Below are positions 49,581-60,469 of a DNA stretch of 64,000 nucleotides, in pieces (position 1 is the stretch's first letter; each line of letters begins with the position of its first letter). Origin of the DNA: an uncultured Bacteroides sp. Lineage in GTDB: Bacteria > Bacteroidota > Bacteroidia > Bacteroidales > Bacteroidaceae. Both the position numbers and the translations under genes were made by a program. The stretch is from contig USAN01000004.1 of the NCBI GenBank assembly GCA_900552645.1, forward strand, positions 353 to 64,352, read 5' to 3'. The notes below the pieces were generated by a model, which saw only the letters and a list, made by a program, of their open reading frames with translations, did no database searches and was not told the DNA's origin.

Positions 49581-51167
49581 TTATTCTTTACGAATATCAA
49601 TCAAAGGAGGACAATTAGAGGCATTAGGAGCCCTTATGCGCATTGAATGAGAAATAGTGGAAGATATATTTCCTATCTTTACAGGAGTATGAATAATAGC
49701 AGGTTTAGTATTCCAACCAATAAAAATAAGTGGAGATGAGGCATAAATATCTCGTACTATACGCGAATCTAAAGAGTGTTCTTTTACTATTTTCCATCCT
49801 GGAAGGATTTCAAGGTAAAGATCACCCGATATATTCGGATTATAGCAGTTTCTTATCTTATCTATTGAAGGATCCCAAGCGCCTAATTTTATACGCTGAG
49901 ATGAGTAAACATTACGCACTCCACTGAATTCAGCAAGAAACTCTGATGATTTCCTAAGAATCTCATTCATATCAAGTTTTTTCTGCTCGATAAGTTTTTG
50001 ATTCAGGAATATTTCTTGTTCATAATCAGCTTCTACATATTTACCCTCTCCATATATAGCACCTAAATATAAGTTAAGTAGTGCAGAACATCTTTTAACA
50101 TTAAATTCTCCTGAAGGAATTCTATATTGAACATCATCGGCTGGTTCGTTTTCAGAGTTGCCTGTAGAAGTAATGAATATCAATGCATTATGTAGCCCAA
50201 CCTTACGATCTATTATATCAAGAAGATCGGCTATATTCCTATCCAGACGTACATACATATCTTGCAGTTCCATAGGTGCCTCGGCAATAGGTTTGTGTTC
50301 AAAATTGCCTGCATAATATCCTATAGACAAAAGATCGGGTATATTATCACGACCTATAGAGGTAAAGTTCACACAATTGCTTACAAGCTTGTTTACCTCT
50401 TCGTTAACATAGGGGCTTGTCTTGAACTTACGATATTTATTTTTCTTATCGTTACTGAAATTATGCTTGAATGTTATCTGTTTAGCATCAGATGTAAGAT
50501 AATCATATGCAGTTACTGGAAGATAAGGTCCCCATGTAATATTATCAATACGAAAATCTAGTCCTTGTTGATCGTTATAGGTTGATACCCACTTTGGAAA
50601 GTTTGTATAATATGTTGTTCCGCTCCATTTACCAGTTTCGTCATTTATCCAGAAAGCACCTTTGGAGGCATGACCGCTCATTAAGACAGCCATTTCTCGT
50701 GAAGGAGCAATGGAATAAACTTCGGCTTGTCCGTGAGTAGCAATCATCAGTTCATCGGAAATGGTAGAAGTTTTCAATTTTTCAGCAGAAGTCGATTCGG
50801 AGGTATATATACCCATGTAGTTATTATCATCTACACATCCAGTAACGGTAAATGTATTGCGGTCAAACCAACTATCACCCATTATTCCGTTTACCGCAGG
50901 AGTAGTACCAGTATATATGGCAGCTGTACCCGATGATTTATCTACATTATTAAAATTGAATTCGGCATTCGAATAGAATCGTCCTTCTCTAAGAAGGCGT
51001 TTAAAACCTTTCTCGCCATAAAGAGTAGAAAATGCCTCTATATAATCGGCACGCAGATGATCGATAGTAACACCTACAACAAGGCGTGGTACGCTTGGCG
51101 AATTCTGTGCCTGCATACTGCTTAAACTTATTACTACCAAAAGCGATGATAAAATGCGTCCTTTCAT
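49581..51167 (-). CDS. Alkaline phosphatase (PafA)-family protein with degenerate active site
   Basis: PRLVVGVTIDHLR, GFKRLLREG, IYTGTTP..NGI; several expected catalytic residues absent. Confidence 0.8.
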   Translation of the reverse strand: MKGRILSSLLVVISLSSMQAQNSPSVPRLVVGVTIDHLRADYIEAFSTLYGEKGFKRLLREGRFYSNAEFNFNNVDKSSGTAAIYTGTTPAVNGIMGDSWFDRNTFTVTGCVDDNNYMGIYTSESTSAEKLKTSTISDELMIATHGQAEVYSIAPSREMAVLMSGHASKGAFWINDETGKWSGTTYYTNFPKWVSTYNDQQGLDFRIDNITWGPYLPVTAYDYLTSDAKQITFKHNFSNDKKNKYRKFKTSPYVNEEVNKLVSNCVNFTSIGRDNIPDLLSIGYYAGNFEHKPIAEAPMELQDMYVRLDRNIADLLDIIDRKVGLHNALIFITSTGNSENEPADDVQYRIPSGEFNVKRCSALLNLYLGAIYGEGKYVEADYEQEIFLNQKLIEQKKLDMNEILRKSSEFLAEFSGVRNVYSSQRIKLGAWDPSIDKIRNCYNPNISGDLYLEILPGWKIVKEHSLDSRIVRDIYASSPLIFIGWNTKPAIIHTPVKIGNISSTISHSMRIRAPNASNCPPLIDIRKE

Positions 51168-52339
51168 CTATTAATTTGTCTATAATATAAAATATGTCCT
51201 AATGAACATATCATCAAAGAGAGCGTCAAAGGTAATACAGTTATATTGATTTTCTGTTTTACCAAAAGAATTATCACGATAAAAAGTGTTAAATAACAAA
51301 TATTTATATAATGATAGAGGTCTTTTTTCCTTTTTATATCCTTATATATCATAAAAGGAAGATAAATTACAGGTATTGGATTAAACAGCATAATCATCCA
51401 GTTAGAACCAACCGTAGGGTGTACAGAGAAGAAAAACAGAAATGCTATTATACATCCAGCTATTCCTTGTGCACCAAACATTACGACATCCCAGCCCCAG
51501 AATATCTTTTTGTAGTAAACTTCAAAGACAAGAACCCCTATACATATTACCAATAATATGCATGCACATATAAATGGAGATATAAAGAATCCTTTTTCGA
51601 CATATTCGGGCTGTACGTCTACTATTTTCGATTCGTTATAAACTAGCTGTCTTACAGAATCACCTTTTACTATTTTTGCATTCTTGAAGGCATCAAGAAG
51701 ATAAAATGGTGAAAACATCTGTTTACGCATATCTATAGATTCATCTGCTTCACTACCCAAACATAAGTCTATTCCAAATTCATCCCAATTGCTTCCTTCT
51801 GTAAATTGATGAACTATATCTCTAAAAGATTTTTCAATTTTAGCTTCATCATATTTTAATGTACCATCCAAACACTCTTCTATCTTATCACGAGCACGAG
51901 TAGTGCAGTTATCATAAAAATAATTATAACGATAAGTCCGGTTCTGAGGCAGATAATTATCATCAAGCATTTTCTTCAGCCTAACTTTCTCGCCGTAGCT
52001 AAGATTTAGAGTTTGCTGATAAACAGATGAACCTCTCATTGCATATTCCGCTTCGAAATATCTATAAGGAATAATACCCAATTCATAATCTGTCTCTCCT
52101 TTTATAAATCGCATTACAAAATTAGGAGTTTTAAAACTGAACATCCCGTAATTATAGACTAGATCGGTACCGTTAGTATAATCTTCGTATCTTATAGCTG
52201 TATGACCAAAAAGAGAATATATTTCGTTACCGGGTTCGCAGGTAATTAAACTTACCTTAATACTATCTTGCTGATTACTAGAATTAGCCTTAACCCATCC
52301 TATTAAAAGTAGAAAAATTATAGCACACCATCTATTCAT
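51164..52339 (-). CDS. lnb: DUF4105 membrane protein; probable Bacteroides lipoprotein N-acyltransferase
   Basis: FGHTAIR (His), YNYFYDNCTTR (Cys), C-terminal TM bundle, next to secA. Confidence 0.7.
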   Translation of the reverse strand: MNRWCAIIFLLLIGWVKANSSNQQDSIKVSLITCEPGNEIYSLFGHTAIRYEDYTNGTDLVYNYGMFSFKTPNFVMRFIKGETDYELGIIPYRYFEAEYAMRGSSVYQQTLNLSYGEKVRLKKMLDDNYLPQNRTYRYNYFYDNCTTRARDKIEECLDGTLKYDEAKIEKSFRDIVHQFTEGSNWDEFGIDLCLGSEADESIDMRKQMFSPFYLLDAFKNAKIVKGDSVRQLVYNESKIVDVQPEYVEKGFFISPFICACILLVICIGVLVFEVYYKKIFWGWDVVMFGAQGIAGCIIAFLFFFSVHPTVGSNWMIMLFNPIPVIYLPFMIYKDIKRKKDLYHYINICYLTLFIVIILLVKQKINITVLPLTLSLMICSLGHILYYRQINR

Positions 52340-52653
52340 AAACTGTTTTTTTACGCATGCAAAATAAATCTAAATAATTAATTAATGCAATATCATTGAA
52401 GAAAATAAAGATTTATAGATATTACTAAAAGCATACAGTCTTATTTTTAAATGTATAACAACACCGATTTAGAGATGTATTTTTCATATTATATTTAATA
52501 ACAAAGTGTTTTTCATCGGTTTTATCAATCAAAATATAAACATATAATTTTGTTTTTGATTGATATTCACCACAAAGAAATTAAAATTAATATTAACAGA
52601 ACAATATAACATATTGTTTTTTTACTTTACTTTGTAACCTTAAATGGAAGAAA

Positions 52654-53382
52654 GTGAAATTAATAATAGATATAGGAAACACAGCGGCTAAAGTGGCCGT
52701 TTTTGAAAACAACGAAATTATTAAAGTCTACAATTGTTCTAACACGCATCTAGAAGTTCTAGATGAAGTTTGTAATTCATATACTATAGAGAAATGCATA
52801 ATTTCGTCGGTTATAGATATAAATCAGAAAATAAAAGATCAACTAAATGAAATACCATTTGATCATTTCATTCTTAACCATCAGACTGCAATTCCTATTA
52901 TTAATCAATATCACACTCCAGAAACATTGGGAATGGACAGACTTGCAGCTGTAATAGCAGCCAACGATATTTTTCCAGAAAAAGATATACTTGTAATTGA
53001 TGCTGGCACTTGCATAACGTACGACCTAATAGATAGCAAAGGGAATTATAAAGGAGGAAACATTTCTCCTGGTGTAGAGATGAGATTCAAGGCTTTAAAT
53101 CATTTCACAGACAAGTTGCCCCTAATAAATAAGGAAGGCGATACATTATTATATGGTATCAATACAGAAACAGCAATAAGAAGCGGAGTAATGACAGGTA
53201 TAGAGATGGAAATTAAAGGCTATATTTCATTATTAAGGAATAATTATCCGCGACTTTTGGTTTTTTTAACGGGCGGAAATGAATTTTCTTTTGATACAAA
53301 CTTAAAAAGTATCATCTTTGCAGATAAATTTTTAGTATTAAAAGGTTTAAACAGAATATTAAATTATAATGATAAATTATAA
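52654..53382 (+). CDS. coaX: Type III pantothenate kinase
   Basis: IDIGNT, LGMDR, IDAGTC, GGNISPG, LTGG. Confidence 0.93.
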   Translation: MKLIIDIGNTAAKVAVFENNEIIKVYNCSNTHLEVLDEVCNSYTIEKCIISSVIDINQKIKDQLNEIPFDHFILNHQTAIPIINQYHTPETLGMDRLAAVIAANDIFPEKDILVIDAGTCITYDLIDSKGNYKGGNISPGVEMRFKALNHFTDKLPLINKEGDTLLYGINTETAIRSGVMTGIEMEIKGYISLLRNNYPRLLVFLTGGNEFSFDTNLKSIIFADKFLVLKGLNRILNYNDKL

Positions 53383-54643
53383 AAAGCTGATAAGTGCGTT
53401 AACAATACTCACTTTTGCAGGCTCGGTACTTGCCCAGACCAGCACAAACTCACCTTATACCCGCTACGGATTTGGTATGTTATCCGATCAGACATTCGGA
53501 ACAAGTAAAGGTATGGGAACGATAGGTTACGGATTACGCAACAATTCACAGATTAACGTCTCCAATCCAGCATCTTATTCAGCTATTGATTCTCTGACAT
53601 TCCTATTTGATGCTGGTATAACGCTACAAAACACTAATTTCAAAGAGGGCAGCGTACAGACCAATGCTAAAAATTCAAGCTTCGACTATCTAGCTATGCA
53701 ATTCCGACTTTTCAGAAATATGGGTATGACAGTAGGTATACTTCCATTTTCAACCGTAGGATATAACCTGTATAACACTACTCAAATTGATACAGACGAG
53801 GATGGTAATGAGATCAATTCACTTAACTCTTATGTAGGAGATGGCGGGTTAAATCAAATCTTCGTTGGGTTTGGTTATAAAGCATTTAAAGGCCTTTCTG
53901 TTGGTGCTAATTTCTCCTATCTGTATGGAGACATTACTCATTCAGTAACTACATCCTTTAACACTACTTCTTCATCATCTAGTGTAAGAAAGGATAAGAT
54001 TTCAGTAAATGATTTCAAGGCAGATTTTGGTTTGCAATATTCATATGATATCAGCAAGAAGAACAGAATAAACGTTGGTTTAACGTATTCATTGGGACAT
54101 GACATGAATAGTACCGGATATAAATATATTCAAAAATACAATAGTTCATCCTCACTTCCTCTGACTCAAACTGTTGATACAATAAAGAACGCTTTCAATC
54201 TTCCTCATTCATTTGGTGCAGGTTTTACATATATTTATGACAACAAGCTTACTATTGGAGCAGACTATACACTACAGAAATGGTCGAGTTCTAAGTTTTA
54301 TAATGAAAAGAACTACTTTTCAAATTTGTCAAAAATAGCAGTAGGTGCAGAATATATTCCAAACAACTTAAGTCATAACTATCTTAAAAGAGTACGTTAT
54401 AGAGTTGGTGGTTACTACAGCGAACCATACACTAAAGTTGACGGAAAAGACGGTGCTAAAGAATATGGTCTTACAGCTGGTTTCGGCTTTCCACTTTTTC
54501 AAAGCAAATCTATGCTTAACATCTCTGGACAATATATAAAGATTAGTCCTAAAGTTAAAGGAATGCTTGAAGAAAATTACCTTAAGATCAATATCGGACT
54601 AACATTCAATGAACGTTGGTTCATGAAGTATAAAGTAGACTAA
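53369..54643 (+). CDS. Outer-membrane beta-barrel protein (FadL/TodX-like)
   Basis: Signal peptide; NSPYTRYGFG, NPASY, alternating beta-strands, NERWF near the C-terminus. Confidence 0.75.
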   Translation: MINYKKLISALTILTFAGSVLAQTSTNSPYTRYGFGMLSDQTFGTSKGMGTIGYGLRNNSQINVSNPASYSAIDSLTFLFDAGITLQNTNFKEGSVQTNAKNSSFDYLAMQFRLFRNMGMTVGILPFSTVGYNLYNTTQIDTDEDGNEINSLNSYVGDGGLNQIFVGFGYKAFKGLSVGANFSYLYGDITHSVTTSFNTTSSSSSVRKDKISVNDFKADFGLQYSYDISKKNRINVGLTYSLGHDMNSTGYKYIQKYNSSSSLPLTQTVDTIKNAFNLPHSFGAGFTYIYDNKLTIGADYTLQKWSSSKFYNEKNYFSNLSKIAVGAEYIPNNLSHNYLKRVRYRVGGYYSEPYTKVDGKDGAKEYGLTAGFGFPLFQSKSMLNISGQYIKISPKVKGMLEENYLKINIGLTFNERWFMKYKVD

Positions 54644-54673
54644 AAAAGAAATAAACAACTAAATTTACATACA

Positions 54674-56029
54674 ATGAGAATTAAAATGATAGCTCCACTG
54701 TTCATTCTATTTATGAGTGCTACAGCTTCCTTTGGCCAAAAAGGTGTGGATGATGGGTCAAAATTCGGGCATGGCGAAGACAGCCTTAGATGTCTGAAGA
54801 ACATCAGTATTTATACTGAATATGTAAAAACTAATAACTTTAAAGATGCTTACACTCCTTGGAAGAGCGTTTTTAATGAGGCTCCAGTTGCACAGGTTGG
54901 TACTTACACTAACGGTGCAAAAATCTTGCGTTGGTTCATAGCTAATGAAAAAGATGCTACAAAGCAAAAAGGCTATTTCGATGAACTTATGAAAGTTTAC
55001 GACCAAAGGCTTAAATATCTAGATGTATTGAACGGATATGTAAGAACTCCAGTTACAAAAGGTTCTATCCTGGGAATAAAAGCTCATGATTACTACACAA
55101 TGGGTAATCCTGACAATAACGTGGCGTATGCAATGTTCAAGGAATCTATTGATGAAGAAAAAGAGAATTCAGATTATTATGTATTGCAAGAATTCATGGA
55201 ATCTGCTTCTAAAAAATTAAAAGCAGATCCTAACTACAAAGAACAGTTTATCCAGGATTACCTTACTACTTCGGGATATGCTGATGCAGCATATAAAGCA
55301 GCAACAAAAGAAAGCACAAAGAAGAATCTTAAGATTGCTAAAGACAATGTAGATGCATTCTTCATAAATAGTGGCGCTGCAAGTTGTGATAATCTTCAGG
55401 CAATTTATGGTCCTAAAGTAGCACAGAATAAGACTAACCTTGATTATCTAAAACAAGTTATTTCTGTAATGGAAATGCTTGGATGTACCGAACAAGAAGC
55501 TTATTTTGCAGCTTCTGAAGCAGCTCATGCAATTGAGCCAACTGCAGCAACTGCAGTAGGTTGTGGATACATGTATTACAAGAAAGGTGATTTCGACAAA
55601 TGTATAAGCTACTTTGATCAAGCTATCGATCTTGAAAAAGATCAAGTAAAGAAGTCCGATTACGCATACAAAACAGCTGCTATTCTTTTCAGCAAGAAAC
55701 AGTTGAGCCGTGCTAAGCAATATGCATTGAAATCAATTTCATTAAACGGCAACAATGGTAATCCTTATATCCTATTAGCTCAGATGTATGCATCAAGTCC
55801 AAACTGGAGTGATGAAGCAGCTTTGAATAAATGTACTTATTTTGCTGTAATCGACAAATTACAGAAAGCTAAGAGCGTTGATTCAAGTGTAGCAGAAAAA
55901 GCAAATGAATTGATTAGAACTTATGCAGGACACACTCCTAAAGATTCTGATTTATTCTTCATCGGTCTTAAAAAAGGTGATTCAGTTCATATTGGCGGAT
56001 GGATTGGTGAAACAACAGTTATAAGATAA
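54674..56029 (+). CDS. Exported TPR protein
   Basis: Signal peptide; TPR helices; C-terminal GGWIGETTVIR. Confidence 0.75.
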   Translation: MRIKMIAPLFILFMSATASFGQKGVDDGSKFGHGEDSLRCLKNISIYTEYVKTNNFKDAYTPWKSVFNEAPVAQVGTYTNGAKILRWFIANEKDATKQKGYFDELMKVYDQRLKYLDVLNGYVRTPVTKGSILGIKAHDYYTMGNPDNNVAYAMFKESIDEEKENSDYYVLQEFMESASKKLKADPNYKEQFIQDYLTTSGYADAAYKAATKESTKKNLKIAKDNVDAFFINSGAASCDNLQAIYGPKVAQNKTNLDYLKQVISVMEMLGCTEQEAYFAASEAAHAIEPTAATAVGCGYMYYKKGDFDKCISYFDQAIDLEKDQVKKSDYAYKTAAILFSKKQLSRAKQYALKSISLNGNNGNPYILLAQMYASSPNWSDEAALNKCTYFAVIDKLQKAKSVDSSVAEKANELIRTYAGHTPKDSDLFFIGLKKGDSVHIGGWIGETTVIR

Positions 56030-56031
56030 TC

Positions 56032-56661
56032 ATGTCATTTAATAATAGATATAAACTATCTTACAAAAACAACATAAGCATAACAGTCATTTTCGCAATG
56101 ACTGTTATGCTCGTTTTATTACAATCTTGTTCTGAGAAAAACAAGAATTTAGCAAAGGCTATATCGGAGAGAGATTCTCTTCCATCACTCCATACTACAG
56201 GAGTTACTACTCTTATTTCAGATTCTGGAATAACAAGATATAAGATAATTACCGAGGACTGGAAAATATTTGACAAAAAAAATCCTTCATATTGGTCATT
56301 TGAAAAAGGAGTATATCTAGAAAAATTTGATTCCCTTTTCCATATTGACGCTAGTATAAAGGCCGACACAGCATATTATTTCGAGAAGAATAAACTTTGG
56401 GAACTACGTGGTAATGTACATATACGTAATCAGCAAGGCGACCAATTTGACACGTCCTTATTATATTGGGATGAAAGACTTCAGAAAATTTATTCTAATA
56501 AACCCATACGCATTGAACAACCCGATAAAAGTATTATAAATGGACTTTACGGATTTGAATCAAATCAACAACTGACGGAATATAAAATATTTAATAGTAC
56601 AGGTATATTTACTGTAAAGGATACTCCACCAGATTCAACAAGTAGAGATAGTATAAAGTAG
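56032..56661 (+). CDS. lptC: LPS export protein LptC
   Basis: TLISDSG..RY, IKADTAYY, WELRGNV, TSLLYWD. Confidence 0.8.
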   Translation: MSFNNRYKLSYKNNISITVIFAMTVMLVLLQSCSEKNKNLAKAISERDSLPSLHTTGVTTLISDSGITRYKIITEDWKIFDKKNPSYWSFEKGVYLEKFDSLFHIDASIKADTAYYFEKNKLWELRGNVHIRNQQGDQFDTSLLYWDERLQKIYSNKPIRIEQPDKSIINGLYGFESNQQLTEYKIFNSTGIFTVKDTPPDSTSRDSIK

Positions 56662-56666
56662 AGATA

Positions 56667-57926
56667 ATGGATTTAATATTACAAATACTTATATCCATAG
56701 GCTTCTCGGCCTATTTTTCAGGAATGGAGATAGCTTTCGTTTCATCGAACAAATTAAGGTTCGAGATGGAAAAGAACAATTCTACATTAACATCTCATAT
56801 ACTTTCTGTTTTCTACAAGAACCCCGACAATTTCATTTCTACAATGCTTGTAGGCAACAACATTGCATTGGTAGTATATGGTATTCTAATGGCACAACTC
56901 ATAGGATATCATCTTCTATCAGGAATTATAGACAACCAACTATTATTGGTACTTATACAAACGATTATTTCTACTCTCATAATACTTGTTACAGGTGAAT
57001 TCTTACCAAAAACCATATTCAAGATTAATCCTAACTTTACTCTCAAGATATTTGCAATACCTACTATCTTATGCTATATATTACTCTATCCAATAAGTAA
57101 ATTTGCCTCTGGTATATCTAACCTTTTATTAAAGATTTTGGGTACTAAAATAAATAAAGATGCAACTTCTAAAGCTTTCACGAAGATAGATCTGGATTAC
57201 TTTATACAAAGTAGCATAAGCGATACAAACAAGAATGATACACTTAATTCTGAAATCAAAATATTTCAAAATGCACTCGACTTTTCAAGCATCAAGATAC
57301 GAGACTGCATGATTCCGCGTACCGAAATAATAGCACTTTCCGAAGAAGCTACTCTTGAAGAACTTAAAGAAAAGTTCATAGAAAGCGGCATAAGTAAGAT
57401 TATAATATATAAAGATAATATAGACAATATAATAGGATATCTACACTCTTCCGAACTATTTCATATAGAAAATAATTGGAAAGACTGCGTACGCGAGCTC
57501 CCCATCGTACCCGAAACTATGGCTGCAAACAAACTTATGCAGATATTCATGCAGCAAAAAAAGTCAATTGCAATAGTTGTAGATGAATTCGGAGGTACAT
57601 CGGGTATAGTTACCCTTGAAGATCTTGTAGAAGAAATATTTGGTGACATAGAAGATGAGCACGACAACAACTCTAATATTGCAAAGCAAATAAATGAAAA
57701 TGAATACATTCTATCTGGACGTTCAGAAATAGAAAGTATAAACGAAAAATTTTCATTATCGTTGCCCGAGAGTGAAGATTATCAGACTATTGGAGGATTA
57801 ATTCTAAACCAATACCAAAGCTTTCCTAAACCCCATGAAATCATATCATTTGATAAATATCAGTTCAAGATAATAAAGGTAACATCAACTAAAATTGAAT
57901 TGGTAAAACTTAAAGTTCTTGATTAG
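56667..57926 (+). CDS. Hemolysin-family / CNNM (DUF21-CBS-CorC) membrane protein
   Basis: FSGMEIAF, GEFLPK, MIPRTEI, VDEFGGTSGIVTLEDLVEEIFGDIEDEHD. Confidence 0.9.
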   Translation: MDLILQILISIGFSAYFSGMEIAFVSSNKLRFEMEKNNSTLTSHILSVFYKNPDNFISTMLVGNNIALVVYGILMAQLIGYHLLSGIIDNQLLLVLIQTIISTLIILVTGEFLPKTIFKINPNFTLKIFAIPTILCYILLYPISKFASGISNLLLKILGTKINKDATSKAFTKIDLDYFIQSSISDTNKNDTLNSEIKIFQNALDFSSIKIRDCMIPRTEIIALSEEATLEELKEKFIESGISKIIIYKDNIDNIIGYLHSSELFHIENNWKDCVRELPIVPETMAANKLMQIFMQQKKSIAIVVDEFGGTSGIVTLEDLVEEIFGDIEDEHDNNSNIAKQINENEYILSGRSEIESINEKFSLSLPESEDYQTIGGLILNQYQSFPKPHEIISFDKYQFKIIKVTSTKIELVKLKVLD

Positions 57927-58027
57927 TTGATTTTTTTTTAAATAAAGTAGTATATAAAAGCTTTTTTTGTATCTTCGTGCACTAAAATCTACAGACATAG
58001 AAAAACAATAAATAAAATAGTATCATA

Positions 58028-60157
58028 ATGGCAACATTACAAACAATTAGAAGCAAAGGACCTTTATTGGTCATTGTAATTGGTTTAGCCCTTTTTGCAT
58101 TTATTGCAGGTGATGCATGGAAAATCCTACAACCACATCAGGGCAAACAAGAAGTAGGAGAAGTAAACGGAGAATCGCTATCAGCACAAGATTATCAGAA
58201 AATGGTTGACGAATATTCTGAAGTTATAAAGATGACTCAGGGTGTAAACTCATTGAATGATGATCAGTTGACACAAATCAAAGATCAAGTATGGCAGTCT
58301 TATGTTAATAACCAACTTATAGCAGAAGAAGCAGACAAACTAGGATTAAAAGTTAGCAAAGCCGAAATTCAAGCAGTAATTGAACAAGGTACAAATCCTT
58401 TATTGATGCAAACTCCATTCAGAAACCCTCAAACAGGTGCATTCGACAAGGACATGTTGAAAAAGTTCTTATTAGACTATGCAAATCTTGATTCAAGTAA
58501 AATGCCTGCACAGTATGTTGAATACTATCAGAAAATGGGTGCTTTTTGGAAGTTCATTGAAAAAACTTTAGCTCAATCATTATTAGCTCAGAAATATCAA
58601 AGCTTATTAAATAGCTCATTGATTTCAAATCCTATTCAGGCTGAAGATGTTTTCAACTCACGTACACAGCAAACTGATGTTCTTTTGGCTGCAGTTCCTT
58701 ATTCTTCAATAAGCGATTCTACAATCGCTGTTTCTAAAGATGAAATCAAGTCACGTTATAATGAAAAGAAAGAAATGTACAAGCAGTTGGTTGAGACTCG
58801 TAACATTAAATATGTAGACGTACTTATCTCTCCATCAGAGCAGGATCGCAAAGATGTACTTACTGAAGTAACAGATTATGCTGCTCAGTTAAATACAACA
58901 CCAGACATGGCTACATTTATACGTACAACTGGTTCTGTTGTTCCTTTCTCTCCTATTGCAATCAACAAGAGCGCATTACCTAGTGACATTGCTGCAAGAT
59001 TGGATTCAACAAGTATCAATGAGGTTTACGGTCCTTTTTACAATCAGACTGACGATTCTTACAATGCATTCAAAATCATTGCAAAAGAGACATTGCCTGA
59101 TTCTGTTCAATTCCGTCAAATCCAGGTATATGCTGATAATGAAGCTAAGACGTCGCAATTGGCTGACAGTATAATGACTGCTCTTAAAACGAACGGTAAT
59201 TTTCAGGAAATTGCTAAGAAATATGGTCAGACAGGAGAATCTTCATGGTTAACTTCTAAAAGCTATGAAGGTGCAAATATCGATGCTGAGAATGCTAAAT
59301 TCATTGCTGCTTTACTTAAAGGCAACAACAACGAATATAGTAATATCAAAATTGGTCAGGCTAATGTAATTCTTCAGGTACTTAACAAAAAAGCATTCCA
59401 ACCTAAATATGAAGTTGCAGTAGTAAAACGTCCAGTAGAATTCAGCAAAGACACTTACAACAAGGCTTATAATGAATTTAGTCAGTTTGTAGCTCAGAAT
59501 ACTACTATCGAAAAAATAAAGAATAATGCAGAGGAAAACGGTTACAGATTATTGGAACGTAATGATTTAACTAGCGCCGAACATTATGTGGGTGGTGTAA
59601 AGAATACAAAAGAAGCTATGAAGTGGATATTCTCGGCTAAAGCAGGTGCTGTTTCTCCTCTTTATGAATGTGGCGAAAACGATCATTTAATGGTTGTTGC
59701 TCTTGATAGAATAAATCCAGAAGGTTATCGCGATGTAACTCTTGTTTCTGATATGATAAAAGCTGAAATAATAAAAGATAAGAAAGCAGAAAAAATCATG
59801 AAAGAAATGACCGGATTGAACTTTGATAAAGTAAAAGCTCTTCCTAATGCAGTAAGCGATTCTATCAAGCACATTACTTTTGCAGCTCCAGCATATGTAG
59901 GCATAACTCGTGCAAGCGAACCAGTTCTTGGAGCTTACGCAAGCAAAACTGCTGTAAATAAAACAACTGCTCCTATAAAAGGTAATGCAGGTGTATACGT
60001 TCTTGAAGTATACAACAAAGAAAATAGTGCAGAGAAGTTTGACAAGAAAACAGAAGAGTCAACTATTTCCAACATGACTCAACGTTATGCAAGCAACTTC
60101 ATAAATGATTTATATAAGAAAGCAAAGGTTAAAGATAACCGCTACTTATATTTCTAA
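58028..60157 (+). CDS. ppiD: PpiD-like periplasmic chaperone (SurA-N plus rotamase domains)
   Basis: MATLQTIRS..LLVIVIGLALFAF TM anchor, GEVNGE, KVKDNRY; about 700 aa. Confidence 0.8.
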   Translation: MATLQTIRSKGPLLVIVIGLALFAFIAGDAWKILQPHQGKQEVGEVNGESLSAQDYQKMVDEYSEVIKMTQGVNSLNDDQLTQIKDQVWQSYVNNQLIAEEADKLGLKVSKAEIQAVIEQGTNPLLMQTPFRNPQTGAFDKDMLKKFLLDYANLDSSKMPAQYVEYYQKMGAFWKFIEKTLAQSLLAQKYQSLLNSSLISNPIQAEDVFNSRTQQTDVLLAAVPYSSISDSTIAVSKDEIKSRYNEKKEMYKQLVETRNIKYVDVLISPSEQDRKDVLTEVTDYAAQLNTTPDMATFIRTTGSVVPFSPIAINKSALPSDIAARLDSTSINEVYGPFYNQTDDSYNAFKIIAKETLPDSVQFRQIQVYADNEAKTSQLADSIMTALKTNGNFQEIAKKYGQTGESSWLTSKSYEGANIDAENAKFIAALLKGNNNEYSNIKIGQANVILQVLNKKAFQPKYEVAVVKRPVEFSKDTYNKAYNEFSQFVAQNTTIEKIKNNAEENGYRLLERNDLTSAEHYVGGVKNTKEAMKWIFSAKAGAVSPLYECGENDHLMVVALDRINPEGYRDVTLVSDMIKAEIIKDKKAEKIMKEMTGLNFDKVKALPNAVSDSIKHITFAAPAYVGITRASEPVLGAYASKTAVNKTTAPIKGNAGVYVLEVYNKENSAEKFDKKTEESTISNMTQRYASNFINDLYKKAKVKDNRYLYF

Positions 60158-60197
60158 TTATTATAAGGATATATTGAGCTAAAAAATAGCCAATCAG

Positions 60198-60234
60198 AAA
60201 GAGGATATGTAAATACTACATATCCTCTTTTTTT
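60198..60234 (+). terminator. ppiD terminator
   Basis: AAAGAGGATATGTA...TACATATCCTCTTT plus T-run. Confidence 0.85.
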
Positions 60235-60469
60235 ATTTGTATAACTTCATAAAAGAAGACTTTAATTATATTTCAACAATATATTTCTGCACATTATAAT
60301 TTAAACAGAAAAACTCCTCAGCTTACTATAAAACCATGTTATAAAACACTATATTTCACTTATTTATCTATTTTCTTTAATACTCCCTTAAATATGTATA
60401 AAATAGATAACTTCTCTTAATCTAACAGCCTCTCATAATTGTTATATATAGAACAAAAAAAACACTCGT

